32,641 nucleotides of DNA from a virus (Duplodnaviria > Caudoviricetes), in the IMG/VR virus record IMGVR_UViG_3300044657_000862, positions 1-32,641 of that record; one strand, given 5' to 3'. Positions 15,983 through 23,631 of this stretch are shown here, in pieces (positions within the stretch are counted from its first letter, which is position 1; each line of letters starts with the position of its first letter). The position numbers and the translations under genes were made by a program. Under the pieces are notes generated by a model that did not search any database, had not been told where the DNA came from, and was given only the letters and a program-made list of their open reading frames with translations.

Positions 15983-18259
15983 ATGACGATTTCCAGCACC
16001 ACGAACACAGTTTCCTACACTGGGAACGGCAGCACGACGGCGTTCGCTGTACCCTACGTGTTCTTTGGCACCGGCACGACTTCTGAGGTCGAAGTTGTCG
16101 AGGTCGTTATCGCGACCGGTGTGGAAACCGTGAAATCAAACGGTTCTGACTTCACTGTTTCCGGCGGTTCCGGCACGACCGGGACGGTAACAGCGGCCAC
16201 GGCTCCAGCCAGCACGGTCAAATGGGTAATCAACCGGGCGACTACGCAGACGCAGGAAACCGATTATGTCGAGAACGACCCATTCCCGGCGGAGAGCCAC
16301 GAGGAAGCGCTTGATCGGCTGACGGCTATCGACCAGGAGCAGCAGCGCGCGCTGGATCGCACGGCGCAGCTCCCTGACGGCTACACCGGCAGCTTTGATC
16401 CGACGTTGCCGGTTGATATTACCGGCAGTACGGTTTTAGCGTTTAATGCGGGCGCGACTGCGTTTGAAATCGGGCCAACCACTGCCGAGATTAGCGCTGC
16501 GGCGGCAAACGCAGCAGCAGCAGCAGCGAGCGCGGCCGCAGCAGCGACTAGCTACGACAATTTCGATGACCGCTACCTTGGCCAGAAGGCCACCGATCCG
16601 ACACTGGACAACGACGGCGACGCACTGCTGACCGGCGCGCTGTATTTCAACACGTCGAATAACGTGATGATGGTCTACACCGGATCGGCGTGGGTGCGGA
16701 CAACGCCGACGAGCGGAGATCAGACGAACATCGACGCGGTTACCGCTAACGCCACTAACATCAACACGGTTGCTGGGATTGCAGCGGATGTGACAACCAC
16801 CGCCGGAATCAGCTCAGACGTCACAACCGTGGCTGCTGACGGAACCGACATCGGAACCGTAGCGGGTATCAGCGCGGACGTGACCACGGTGGCAGATATC
16901 TCCGCTGATGTTACTACCGTGGCCGGAATTTCTGGCGACGTGTCTGCGGTAGCGGCACAGGTAGTCGGTTATGACTTCAGCACGACGACCACAATGGCCG
17001 ATCCCGGTTCTGGGAACGTCCGATTCGACAACGCCACGCTCGCCAGCGTTAGCGCGATTGCCATCGACGACCTCGACAAGAACGGCGTGGACCAGTCGGC
17101 ATACATCGCGCTCTGGGACGACAGCACCAACACCGTCAAAGGAACGCTGGTTTTCCGCACAGTAGGCGGCGACGTTGCCACGTTTAATATCACCGGCCTG
17201 ACCGACAACACTGGCTGGTCGCAGGTTGCCGTTACGCATGTTTCGTCCAGCGGCACATTCGGTAACGGCGAGGACACGTTCATCGGGTTCACGCGTGCCG
17301 GGGACAAGGGTGCCGACGGCGCGGGGGCTGGCGATGTCAGCGGGCCTGCCTCTGCAATTGATAACACCATTGCGCGATACGACAACACCACCGGCAAACT
17401 GCTGCAAGGCTCTGGCGTCACAATCGACGACAGCAACAATGTGAGCGCCGCCTCTCTGACATTGACTACTGATCTGGCAATTGCACATGGCGGCACGGGT
17501 GCCTCGTCTGCTGGCGCGGCTCTTACCGCTCTTGGAGCGGCGGCGTCTGGCAGTAATAGCGATATCACCGCTCTTACGGGATTGACCACCTATTTGACTG
17601 TGGCCCAAGGCGGTACAGGGGCTTCGACTCATACCGCCAATTCTGTGCTCATCGGCAACGGCACATCAACGATTACCGGTGTTGCACCATCGACCAGCGG
17701 CAACATCCTGACATCTAACGGTTCAGCTTGGACAAGTGTAGCTCCTGCGGGTGGAGGTTGGGAGCTTGTATCTACTGCAACAGCAAGCACAAGTGCCTCG
17801 GTATCGTTCACAGGTTTTGTGGCTGGTTACGATTACAGGGTAACTGCTTCGAATATGCTACCATCTTCTGATGGTGTATTTGGAGAGTGTGAGTTTGGAA
17901 TAACAGGGCCTACATATCGAACAACTAATTACAAAGTGGCGAGAAAGTCATGGTCATCTACTGGTGCTTCCACGACTACTTGGATAACTACTTCCTTTGA
18001 TGTTGTCCCCATCCAACAAGGCTTTTCTGCTGGCGAACAGGCGGTGTTTGATCTTTTTATTCTAGACCCTACTGATGCAGCATCATACACGTTTGGCTTG
18101 TCTCACGCAGCATGGCACGGGTCAACAACCACTGATTACTCTGGCATGACGATTGGGCAATATGCAGTAAAAGAATCGATTACGGCAGTTAAGTTTGCAT
18201 ACTCTGCGGGCAACATATCTACAGGCGAGTTCAAACTATATCGGAGGCAAAACTCATGA
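15983..18259 (+). CDS. Tail fibre protein
   Basis: T7 gp17-like N-terminal anchor (YTGNGSTTAF...F, R.T...Q, HE.ALD.LT...Q), then FDDRYLG.K..DPT.DNDG.AL..GALYFN, 10-aa repeats, GGTGAS knots and a C-terminal beta domain. Confidence 0.9.
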   Translation: MTISSTTNTVSYTGNGSTTAFAVPYVFFGTGTTSEVEVVEVVIATGVETVKSNGSDFTVSGGSGTTGTVTAATAPASTVKWVINRATTQTQETDYVENDPFPAESHEEALDRLTAIDQEQQRALDRTAQLPDGYTGSFDPTLPVDITGSTVLAFNAGATAFEIGPTTAEISAAAANAAAAAASAAAAATSYDNFDDRYLGQKATDPTLDNDGDALLTGALYFNTSNNVMMVYTGSAWVRTTPTSGDQTNIDAVTANATNINTVAGIAADVTTTAGISSDVTTVAADGTDIGTVAGISADVTTVADISADVTTVAGISGDVSAVAAQVVGYDFSTTTTMADPGSGNVRFDNATLASVSAIAIDDLDKNGVDQSAYIALWDDSTNTVKGTLVFRTVGGDVATFNITGLTDNTGWSQVAVTHVSSSGTFGNGEDTFIGFTRAGDKGADGAGAGDVSGPASAIDNTIARYDNTTGKLLQGSGVTIDDSNNVSAASLTLTTDLAIAHGGTGASSAGAALTALGAAASGSNSDITALTGLTTYLTVAQGGTGASTHTANSVLIGNGTSTITGVAPSTSGNILTSNGSAWTSVAPAGGGWELVSTATASTSASVSFTGFVAGYDYRVTASNMLPSSDGVFGECEFGITGPTYRTTNYKVARKSWSSTGASTTTWITTSFDVVPIQQGFSAGEQAVFDLFILDPTDAASYTFGLSHAAWHGSTTTDYSGMTIGQYAVKESITAVKFAYSAGNISTGEFKLYRRQNS
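16757..16954 (+). repeat. Degenerate 30-nt / 10-aa tandem repeat in the tail fibre shaft
   Basis: About 6.5 units of (D/N)VTTVAGISA: NINTVAGIAA DVTTTAGISS DVTTVAADGT DIGTVAGISA DVTTVADISA DVTTVAGISG DVSAVA. Confidence 0.85.
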
Positions 18260-18534
18260 GACACGATATGATTGATGGGGAGGCTGTCACCTTCACCGAG
18301 GCAGAAGAAGCCGCTCAGGACGCGAGGGAAGCCGCATGGGCAGCGGGAGCAAACGACCGAGCTTGGGCCGAGCTTCGTTCCCGGCGAGACGAGTTATTGT
18401 CTGAAACTGACTGGCAAGCCAGCACTGATCTTACAATGACACCCGAGCAGTCAGCGTATCGCCAGCAGCTACGCGATCTACCGGAGAACACGCCCGACCC
18501 TGCTAATGTGACGTGGCCGACAAAGCCCTATTAA
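18256..18534 (+). CDS. Tail fibre assembly chaperone
   Basis: W..LR..RD.LL.ETDW, YRQ.LRDLP and WPTKP motifs. ATGA overlap with the fibre gene. Confidence 0.88.
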   Translation: MRHDMIDGEAVTFTEAEEAAQDAREAAWAAGANDRAWAELRSRRDELLSETDWQASTDLTMTPEQSAYRQQLRDLPENTPDPANVTWPTKPY

Positions 18535-18593
18535 TGCGTAACATCGACATCGCGGTCGGCTGGCCCCCAACGGTAGAAGAAGACTTTACATGA
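18534..18593 (+). pseudogene. Mini-ORF MRNIDIAVGWPPTVEEDFT, a possible relic of an earlier fibre chaperone C-terminus
   Basis: TAATG and ATGA overlaps on both sides. IDIAVGWP resembles the IDI..GWP ends of DUF4376-type tail-associated proteins (recalled, not searched). Confidence 0.35.
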
Positions 18594-18754
18594 CAGACGA
18601 AGTCAAAAGCGCGGTTGACGCTGCTGCCGTCTCCGCTGGGATAGGATCATGGCTCGCGATCCTGCCGGATATCGCTGCGCTGTTGTCGATCATCTGGCTG
18701 GCGTTGCGCATCTGGGAGACAAAGACTGTGCAGCGGCTACTGCGGCGCGAATAA
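18590..18754 (+). CDS. Small membrane protein, putative holin (54 aa), not in the ORF track
   Basis: MTDEVKSAVDAAAVSAGIGSWLAILPDIAALLSIIWLALRIWETKTVQRLLRRE has a hydrophobic helix and a basic tail. It is the first gene of the lysis region. Confidence 0.7.
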   Translation: MTDEVKSAVDAAAVSAGIGSWLAILPDIAALLSIIWLALRIWETKTVQRLLRRE

Positions 18755-18756
18755 CT

Positions 18757-19104
18757 GTGGAACTCTCGGCATCCACGATCCTCACCCTTGCCGGAATGGC
18801 GATCTCTGTGATCGCCGCCGCTGCCATAGCGAAGCAGCGGTTGGCGTCGGTAATCGAGCAGCTCGGCGATATTGAGACGCGGTTGAGAAAAATCGACCAG
18901 CGCGTAGATCGCCACGAAACGCAGGTCGAGATGCAGGCGCAGCGCACGTCTGTCCTTTCCGGCATGATGTCGCCGGACATTCAGGAGCGGCGTCACCGCG
19001 AGATAGCCACGCTGACCGCTGACGTTTCCGGCATCAGGACTCAGGTCGATAAGCTGCTTTCGATGCATAACGGAAAGCACCCATCAATCAGCGCGGGAAA
19101 GTAG
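18757..19104 (+). CDS. Membrane-anchored coiled-coil protein in the lysis region
   Basis: Likely GTG start 2 nt after the previous stop. N-terminal TM segment (ILTLAGMAISVIAAAAIA) followed by a heptad-like region. Confidence 0.6.
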   Translation: MELSASTILTLAGMAISVIAAAAIAKQRLASVIEQLGDIETRLRKIDQRVDRHETQVEMQAQRTSVLSGMMSPDIQERRHREIATLTADVSGIRTQVDKLLSMHNGKHPSISAGK

Positions 19105-19106
19105 AT

Positions 19107-19604
19107 ATGGACTGGAAATCAATTATCGGCACGGTCGCACCGCTTCTCGGCACCGCAATAGGCGGTCCGGTCGGCGGCATCGCTGTCAAGGCGATCACAT
19201 CTGCGCTGGGCTTAGACGACGGCGCGTCGAATAAAGAGATTGACGCGGCGTTGAAGAACGCCACGCCGGATCAGTTAGCGGCAATCAAAAAGGCAGAGGC
19301 TGACTTTAAGGTCCAGATGAAAAAGCTGGACATCGACCTGGAGGCGATACATCAGCAGGACCGGGATAGCGCGCGCAAACGCGAGATGGCGACCGGAGAC
19401 AAAATCCCGGCGGTGCTGGCCATCACGACTATGATCGCGTTCTTCGGCTACATAGGCGGCGTCACCTTTTTCCCACCTGCGATGATAGACATCGCATTCG
19501 TCAACATAGCTGTCGGATGGCTGGGCGGCACCGCATCGACTGTGGTCGCGTATTATTTCGGCTCCAGCAGCGGGCAGGACAAACAGATCGAGATGCAAAA
19601 ATGA
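19107..19604 (+). CDS. Putative holin (3TM / GTA-holin-like)
   Basis: VAP.LGTA.GGP.GG, DR.SARKRE, two C-terminal TM helices and YYFGSS. ATGA overlap with the endolysin. Confidence 0.75.
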   Translation: MDWKSIIGTVAPLLGTAIGGPVGGIAVKAITSALGLDDGASNKEIDAALKNATPDQLAAIKKAEADFKVQMKKLDIDLEAIHQQDRDSARKREMATGDKIPAVLAITTMIAFFGYIGGVTFFPPAMIDIAFVNIAVGWLGGTASTVVAYYFGSSSGQDKQIEMQK

Positions 19605-20032
19605 ACTACGACCGGCTGACCACATCGCTTCGCGAGCACGAGGGCTTCCGCGCCACGGCCTATACCTGCCCGGCGGGTAAACTCACAATAGGAATCGGGC
19701 GCTGCATCGACATCAGTGTGGCTGGGGCCGGCATCACGCAAGACGAAGCAGAATACCTGCTGCGTCAGGACATCAACCGCTTTACCGCCATGACGCGCGG
19801 GCTGATCGTGACGTTCGATTCCCTTGATGAGGTGCGGCAGGAAACGCTGGTTGAATTGTGCTTCAACATGGGACCGACAAATCTCGGAAAATTCACCAAG
19901 ATGCTCGCTGCAATCGACGTGAAGGACTGGGACACCGCAGCGGCTGAATTACTGGACAGCCGATACGCCGCGCAGGTCGGACAGCGCGCAATCACCCTGG
20001 CCGATCAGCTACGAATTGGGTCTTATGAATAA
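19601..20032 (+). CDS. Endolysin, GH24 / T4-lysozyme-like muramidase
   Basis: HEG.R...Y.C.AG..TIG.G catalytic region, L....FN.G...L..F.KML.A and A.E.LDS.YA.QVG.RA. The true start is the ATG at 19601. Confidence 0.9.
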   Translation: MNYDRLTTSLREHEGFRATAYTCPAGKLTIGIGRCIDISVAGAGITQDEAEYLLRQDINRFTAMTRGLIVTFDSLDEVRQETLVELCFNMGPTNLGKFTKMLAAIDVKDWDTAAAELLDSRYAAQVGQRAITLADQLRIGSYE

Positions 20033-20153
20033 GCATCTTGTCGGCTTTGTCTGCAAGGAAATTTACACTGAGCATTTCTTGCGGCTGCGGAACTGCGCGA
20101 TAGCAAGATTTATCGGCAGAATCCTCAGCGGACAGAGCGCCACGCACTGAGGC

Positions 20154-21383
20154 TTGAAAGCATTGCCAACACCCCGAATATCTAAAGAAGAAGCCGTAAA
20201 GCGCATCGAGCTAGTCGAAAAGAAACTTCGCCTCGGTCACGCGCCTCGCGGCGTTGTATCACCCGGCAACAGTTGTGGTGCTATCGCGGCCGCAGCAATG
20301 GAGTCTGGAAAAACACTTGGGGGGTCCGCCAGTTGGTATCGCGTAGCAACAGATATTTACCGAGAAGCTGACTGGTCTTTGTGGTCCGGGCCGGAGGGGC
20401 GCGCGGATTTTGAGGGAATGGCACCTGACGGCTACCGGGTTAAGGGTCGGTCCACCTACTACGCGGCAGACGGCAGCATAAAAGGCGAGTGGGTTAAGAC
20501 AACCATTGAGCAGGAGCGGCAAGATCAAATGCTGCGAGAAGCCGTGCAAGGTATGGTAGACGCCATACCCAAAGCAAAGGTGCTTGTCGGCCCGAAAGAC
20601 ACGGCCGAAAATTTGCTGGCATGTTACAACGTGTCTGACCACCACTTCGGTATGCTTTCGTGGCGTGAAGAAACTGGTGATGATTACGACCTAAACATAG
20701 CTGAGCGGTTGCTGGTCGGTGCGTTCGACCATTTGGTCAAGGCGGCACCGCCTTGCAAGCAAGCGCTTATCACACTGATGGGTGACCTGCTCCATTACGA
20801 CAGCTTCGTGCCGGAGACGCCAGCTAGTAGAAACACGCTCGATGCAGATGGGCGCTACCCCCAGATGGTTCGCGCGGCCGTCCGGTCTACGCGCTACATC
20901 ATTAAAGCTGCGCTGACGCGGCATGAGTCGGTGCATGTGATTGTTGAGCGCGGCAACCACGATCCATCATCCAGCATCTTTCTTATGGAAGCCCTATCGC
21001 ACGCCTATGAAAACGAGCCGCGCGTGACAATTGACACATCTCCTGCCAAGTTCCATTATTATCGCTTCGGAAATAACTTAATAGGCATTCACCACGGCGA
21101 CAGCGTAAAGATGAAAGATTTGCCTTTGCTCATGGCGCACGACCGGGCGCAGGATTGGGGCGAAACACAACATAGGTTCTGGTGGACTGGCCATGTCCAC
21201 CACGACGCCACGCACGAATATCCAGGCGTAAAGTGCGAAAGTTTTAGAGTGCTGGCTGCAAGGGATGCGTGGCACTCTGAAAAAGGGTACAGGTCTAGGC
21301 GCGACATGAAGGCAATTGTGCTGCATCGAGAGCGTGGTGAAGTTGTCCGGCACACGTTTAACCCGGACATGCTTATCGTGTAA
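20154..21383 (+). CDS. Calcineurin-like metallophosphoesterase with an N-terminal extension
   Basis: All five motifs in order: SDHHFG, MGDLLH, RGNHD, HHGD, GHVHH. The TTG start is uncertain. Confidence 0.8.
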   Translation: MKALPTPRISKEEAVKRIELVEKKLRLGHAPRGVVSPGNSCGAIAAAAMESGKTLGGSASWYRVATDIYREADWSLWSGPEGRADFEGMAPDGYRVKGRSTYYAADGSIKGEWVKTTIEQERQDQMLREAVQGMVDAIPKAKVLVGPKDTAENLLACYNVSDHHFGMLSWREETGDDYDLNIAERLLVGAFDHLVKAAPPCKQALITLMGDLLHYDSFVPETPASRNTLDADGRYPQMVRAAVRSTRYIIKAALTRHESVHVIVERGNHDPSSSIFLMEALSHAYENEPRVTIDTSPAKFHYYRFGNNLIGIHHGDSVKMKDLPLLMAHDRAQDWGETQHRFWWTGHVHHDATHEYPGVKCESFRVLAARDAWHSEKGYRSRRDMKAIVLHRERGEVVRHTFNPDMLIV

Positions 21384-21406
21384 AAAAACCCGCCAACGCG
21401 GCGGGT
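21381..21406 (-). terminator. Rho-independent terminator for the leftward early operon
   Basis: On the - strand, ACCCGCC-GCGTT-GGCGGGT followed by a U tract, located between convergent genes. Confidence 0.8.
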
Positions 21407-21423
21407 AAAAGTGAGGTGCAAAT

Positions 21424-21810
21424 CTACGAAAACAACCTGTGGAGCGAGTTTTTCACCGCATACACAAAGCCATCCTCGCGGCGCTGCCGGGGGCGGTAGC
21501 ACTTCGCATGATGCGCCTCGCAGTACGGACTGCTCACCTTCACAAGGTCGCCGCAGAACTTGAACTCCGGATCGCCGACAGCGCCAATCGGATATTGGCA
21601 ATGCCGAAAGTCCGGCGTCTCAATATCGCGGTACGGCGGGCGATAAACTTCAACAGGCGACGTGCTGTTAGGATGCTCAAGGCCGAGCCTGCCCGCCTTA
21701 CCAATAACCTGATTCTTCGTCATCCCAAGTTCAGCCGCGATGCGGCGCGTCGGCATTCCAAGCGCATACAATTCGCGCAGGACCGCGATATTCTTTTCAT
21801 TCCACGCCAT
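21424..21810 (-). CDS. gcrA: GcrA-like cell-cycle regulator / sigma70 cofactor
   Basis: N-terminal W....I..LRELY..G.....IAAELG.TKNQVIGKA.RLGL and C-terminal C.YPIG....PEF.FCG......SPYC..H...Y, both GcrA hallmarks. Start at ATG 21810. Confidence 0.88.
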   Translation of the reverse strand: MAWNEKNIAVLRELYALGMPTRRIAAELGMTKNQVIGKAGRLGLEHPNSTSPVEVYRPPYRDIETPDFRHCQYPIGAVGDPEFKFCGDLVKVSSPYCEAHHAKCYRPRQRREDGFVYAVKNSLHRLFS

Positions 21811-22081
21811 CGTCTTCACCCTTCGCACATTCAGAGCCGGTCGCTGCATACCCGGCAAGGTCCACCCAGCTATCCTGATGATCCGGCGTTGCGGCCAGCC
21901 GGGCCAGCTTTAACGCCGCCATCATCATTGCAACCTGCGGCGCGCTAATCGACACCCCGAGCAGTATTGTCCACATGGCAGCAATGCGCTCGTGATTATC
22001 ACGGACACTGCCATACACTGCTCCGCGATCTGTCATGACAGCACGCGCTGCGGTCAGCAATTCAAACCGATTCATCGTCAT
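21797..22081 (-). CDS. DUF6378-like phage protein
   Basis: DRG..YG....NH.RIA..W, V..MM..LK.AR and H.DSW.D.AGYAA. The start at 22081 overlaps the upstream stop. Confidence 0.8.
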   Translation of the reverse strand: MTMNRFELLTAARAVMTDRGAVYGSVRDNHERIAAMWTILLGVSISAPQVAMMMAALKLARLAATPDHQDSWVDLAGYAATGSECAKGEDDGVE

Positions 22082-22293
22082 CGCGTCGCCTCTATCCGCT
22101 TGCCTGTTGTGTCGTGCTTCATATCCCCCGCGCGTAGCCGCGTCAGGATGGCATTGCCTGTTATAACGTCGTACCAATCTGGATCGTGCAAGCTTGCAAA
22201 CGTGTGCCCCCATATGTGGCCGGAAACGGGCATACCGTTGCGGTGCACTGTTACCGGATCACCTAATGTAAAATTAGTTATGCTATTTTTCAT
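22078..22293 (-). CDS. Hypothetical protein (71 aa, SH3-like pattern)
   Basis: GGAGGGG SD and ATGA overlaps at both ends. F.LGDPV.V motif. Confidence 0.65.
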   Translation of the reverse strand: MKNSITNFTLGDPVTVHRNGMPVSGHIWGHTFASLHDPDWYDVITGNAILTRLRAGDMKHDTTGKRIEATR

Positions 22294-22559
22294 CGCGGCC
22301 CCCTCCACTCATTTTCATGCTGCCGGTCGGCAGCGACTTGCAGCGCACGCTCCTTCGCCTGAAGAAAGGCGTCGTGTTCGCGCATAAAACCGCGCTCGCA
22401 TATCTGTGTCGTGATGTGCATTCTTTTATTTTCCGCCAAGGCAATGGCGTCAAGAAACTCGTCCTCTTCGACGTCTAAATATTGAGACGTGTAATCGAGC
22501 GACAGCGCGTCGCCAAGAACGCGCCAGTATGTCACCTGGTAAAAAGTCTCGTATTCCAT
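22290..22559 (-). CDS. Hypothetical acidic protein (89 aa)
   Basis: GGAGG SD upstream of ATG 22559, coupled to the next gene. Confidence 0.7.
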   Translation of the reverse strand: MEYETFYQVTYWRVLGDALSLDYTSQYLDVEEDEFLDAIALAENKRMHITTQICERGFMREHDAFLQAKERALQVAADRQHENEWRGPR

Positions 22560-22578
22560 TTTTTCCTCCCTCAAGTTT

Positions 22579-22700
22579 CCCGGCCCGTGAAGCGTATGAA
22601 ACTGTCAAGCGGGCCGGGGTTGTATTCTTCAGTCGCCAGCAAGACAATCCTGCTAGCAACCCTTTGGCCCGGCAGTGACCGTCATAGTCACGTACCGGGC
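22579..22700 (-). ncRNA. Candidate structured RNA: three tandem hairpins
   Basis: Stems at 22667-22700, 22632-22660 (13 bp) and 22579-22618. Mismatches in the first two resolve as G-U pairs only on the - strand. Confidence 0.45.
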
Positions 22701-22722
22701 TGGATGGAAGGGGAGTGTGGTG

Positions 22723-22974
22723 TCATCCGTGGCCAAAGCCTCCCCCGTCACCGTAACCGTATCCGGAACCCTCGCCGGAACCGTCACCGTCACCGTCACC
22801 GTCACCGTCACCGTAACCGTCGCCTTCACCGTCGCCGTAGCCGGAGCCGGAGCCGTCACCGTCACCGTCACCATAGCCGGAGCCGTAACTGTAGCCGGAG
22901 CCGTAACTGTAGCCGGAGCCGTAACTGTAGCCGGAGCCGGAGCCAGAGCCAGAGCCGTCGCCGTCATGCTTCAT
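22723..22974 (-). CDS. Glycine-rich (Gly-X)n low-complexity protein (83 aa; X = D, S, Y, E)
   Basis: GGAGG SD 9 nt upstream of ATG 22974. Almost every second residue is Gly. It overlaps the end of the DUF6948-like gene. Confidence 0.65.
   Translation of the reverse strand: MKHDGDGSGSGSGSGYSYGSGYSYGSGYSYGSGYGDGDGDGSGSGYGDGEGDGYGDGDGDGDGDGSGEGSGYGYGDGGGFGHG
22744..22965. repeat. Hexamer-based tandem repeat with an exact 18-nt unit
   Basis: Runs of ACCGTC and GCCGGA. TAGCCGGAGCCGTAACTG occurs three times exactly (22874-22927), plus a partial copy. Confidence 0.9.
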
Positions 22975-23329
22975 GGCTTTTGGCCTCCATAATTGACTTC
23001 TGTGCGGCTGAGCTGCACATGATGATTTCGCAATTCTCGGTCAATTCGATTCCGACCGGGCACCCTACTTTGCTCTCAGAATGCAGACCCTCAGAAGCCA
23101 CGCCAGACAAAAACGCTGCACCGTTCGCAGGCTTCCAGTACCAAAGCCTCCTGGCGTCTTTAAGAACGCAATTCCGCCCTGATGCCGAAACAAGAACTCC
23201 TGCATGAACGCCCGCGTCTCTGCACCTGACAATCACGTATTTACCAATGAACGGGCTTTCTGTCTTTTCTTCACCGAGCGCTGCCGCAATTCGTTTGATG
23301 TCGCCTAGTGTCATCGAATCAAAATCCAT
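22964..23329 (-). CDS. DUF6948-like phage protein
   Basis: IGKYVIVR...AGVH.G.L, L..ARRLWYW and LS.VA..G match the family as recalled. GGAGA SD upstream. Confidence 0.75.
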   Translation of the reverse strand: MDFDSMTLGDIKRIAAALGEEKTESPFIGKYVIVRCRDAGVHAGVLVSASGRNCVLKDARRLWYWKPANGAAFLSGVASEGLHSESKVGCPVGIELTENCEIIMCSSAAQKSIMEAKSHEA

Positions 23330-23415
23330 CTCGTCATCTCCATCGCTGTATGTTGCACCCCAGAAGCCCGCAGGGCGTACCTAGCGGGCTTGGGGCGGGG
23401 TGTGGAGGTGGTTTG

Positions 23416-23583
23416 TTACCCGATGAATTCGCAGTCCACCAATCGGCACTGGACCTTGACGCCGTTTTTCTTATCGTGGCCGGTGACAACCGGGAGCGTG
23501 CCTTCAAGAAGGTTAGTTTCGTGCACAACAACCCAATCGTTGGTGCGACCGTTGAACTTGAACTTGCGACCGATGTTGCTCAT
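23416..23583 (-). CDS. Hypothetical protein (55 aa), first gene of the leftward early operon
   Basis: AGGGAG SD upstream of ATG 23583. Sequence MSNIGRKFKFNGRTNDWVVV... Confidence 0.65.
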   Translation of the reverse strand: MSNIGRKFKFNGRTNDWVVVHETNLLEGTLPVVTGHDKKNGVKVQCRLVDCEFIG

Positions 23584-23631
23584 TTTCTCTATCTCCCTAA
23601 AGGCGGGCTGCATTGCCCTGCTGATAAAATA

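Noticed and set aside
16814-17632. Long antisense ORFs within the tail fibre, and similar ones within the portal, nozzle and primase
   Set aside because: They are expected from codon bias in GC-rich genes and have no SD or recognisable motifs, unlike the same-strand nested ORF in the methyltransferase.
15983-18534. Diversity-generating retroelement targeting the tail fibre, as in BPP-1
   Set aside because: There is no reverse transcriptase ORF in the window, and I saw no second copy of the fibre 3' end differing at adenines.
20025-20150. 41-aa ORF between the endolysin and the phosphoesterase as a spanin
   Set aside because: It has no signal peptide or lipobox and only a weak SD, so it is not supported as a gene.
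22579-22620. Hammerhead ribozyme or promoter in the first hairpin (GAAAC on +, TTGACA on -)
   Set aside because: There is no CUGANGA core, and no -10-like hexamer at 16-18 nt from the TTGACA.
22482-23207. 241-aa Arg/His/Ser-rich and 105-aa Val/Thr-rich + strand ORFs
   Set aside because: These are antisense shadows of the hexamer repeat. They oppose the operon direction and overlap better-supported - strand genes.
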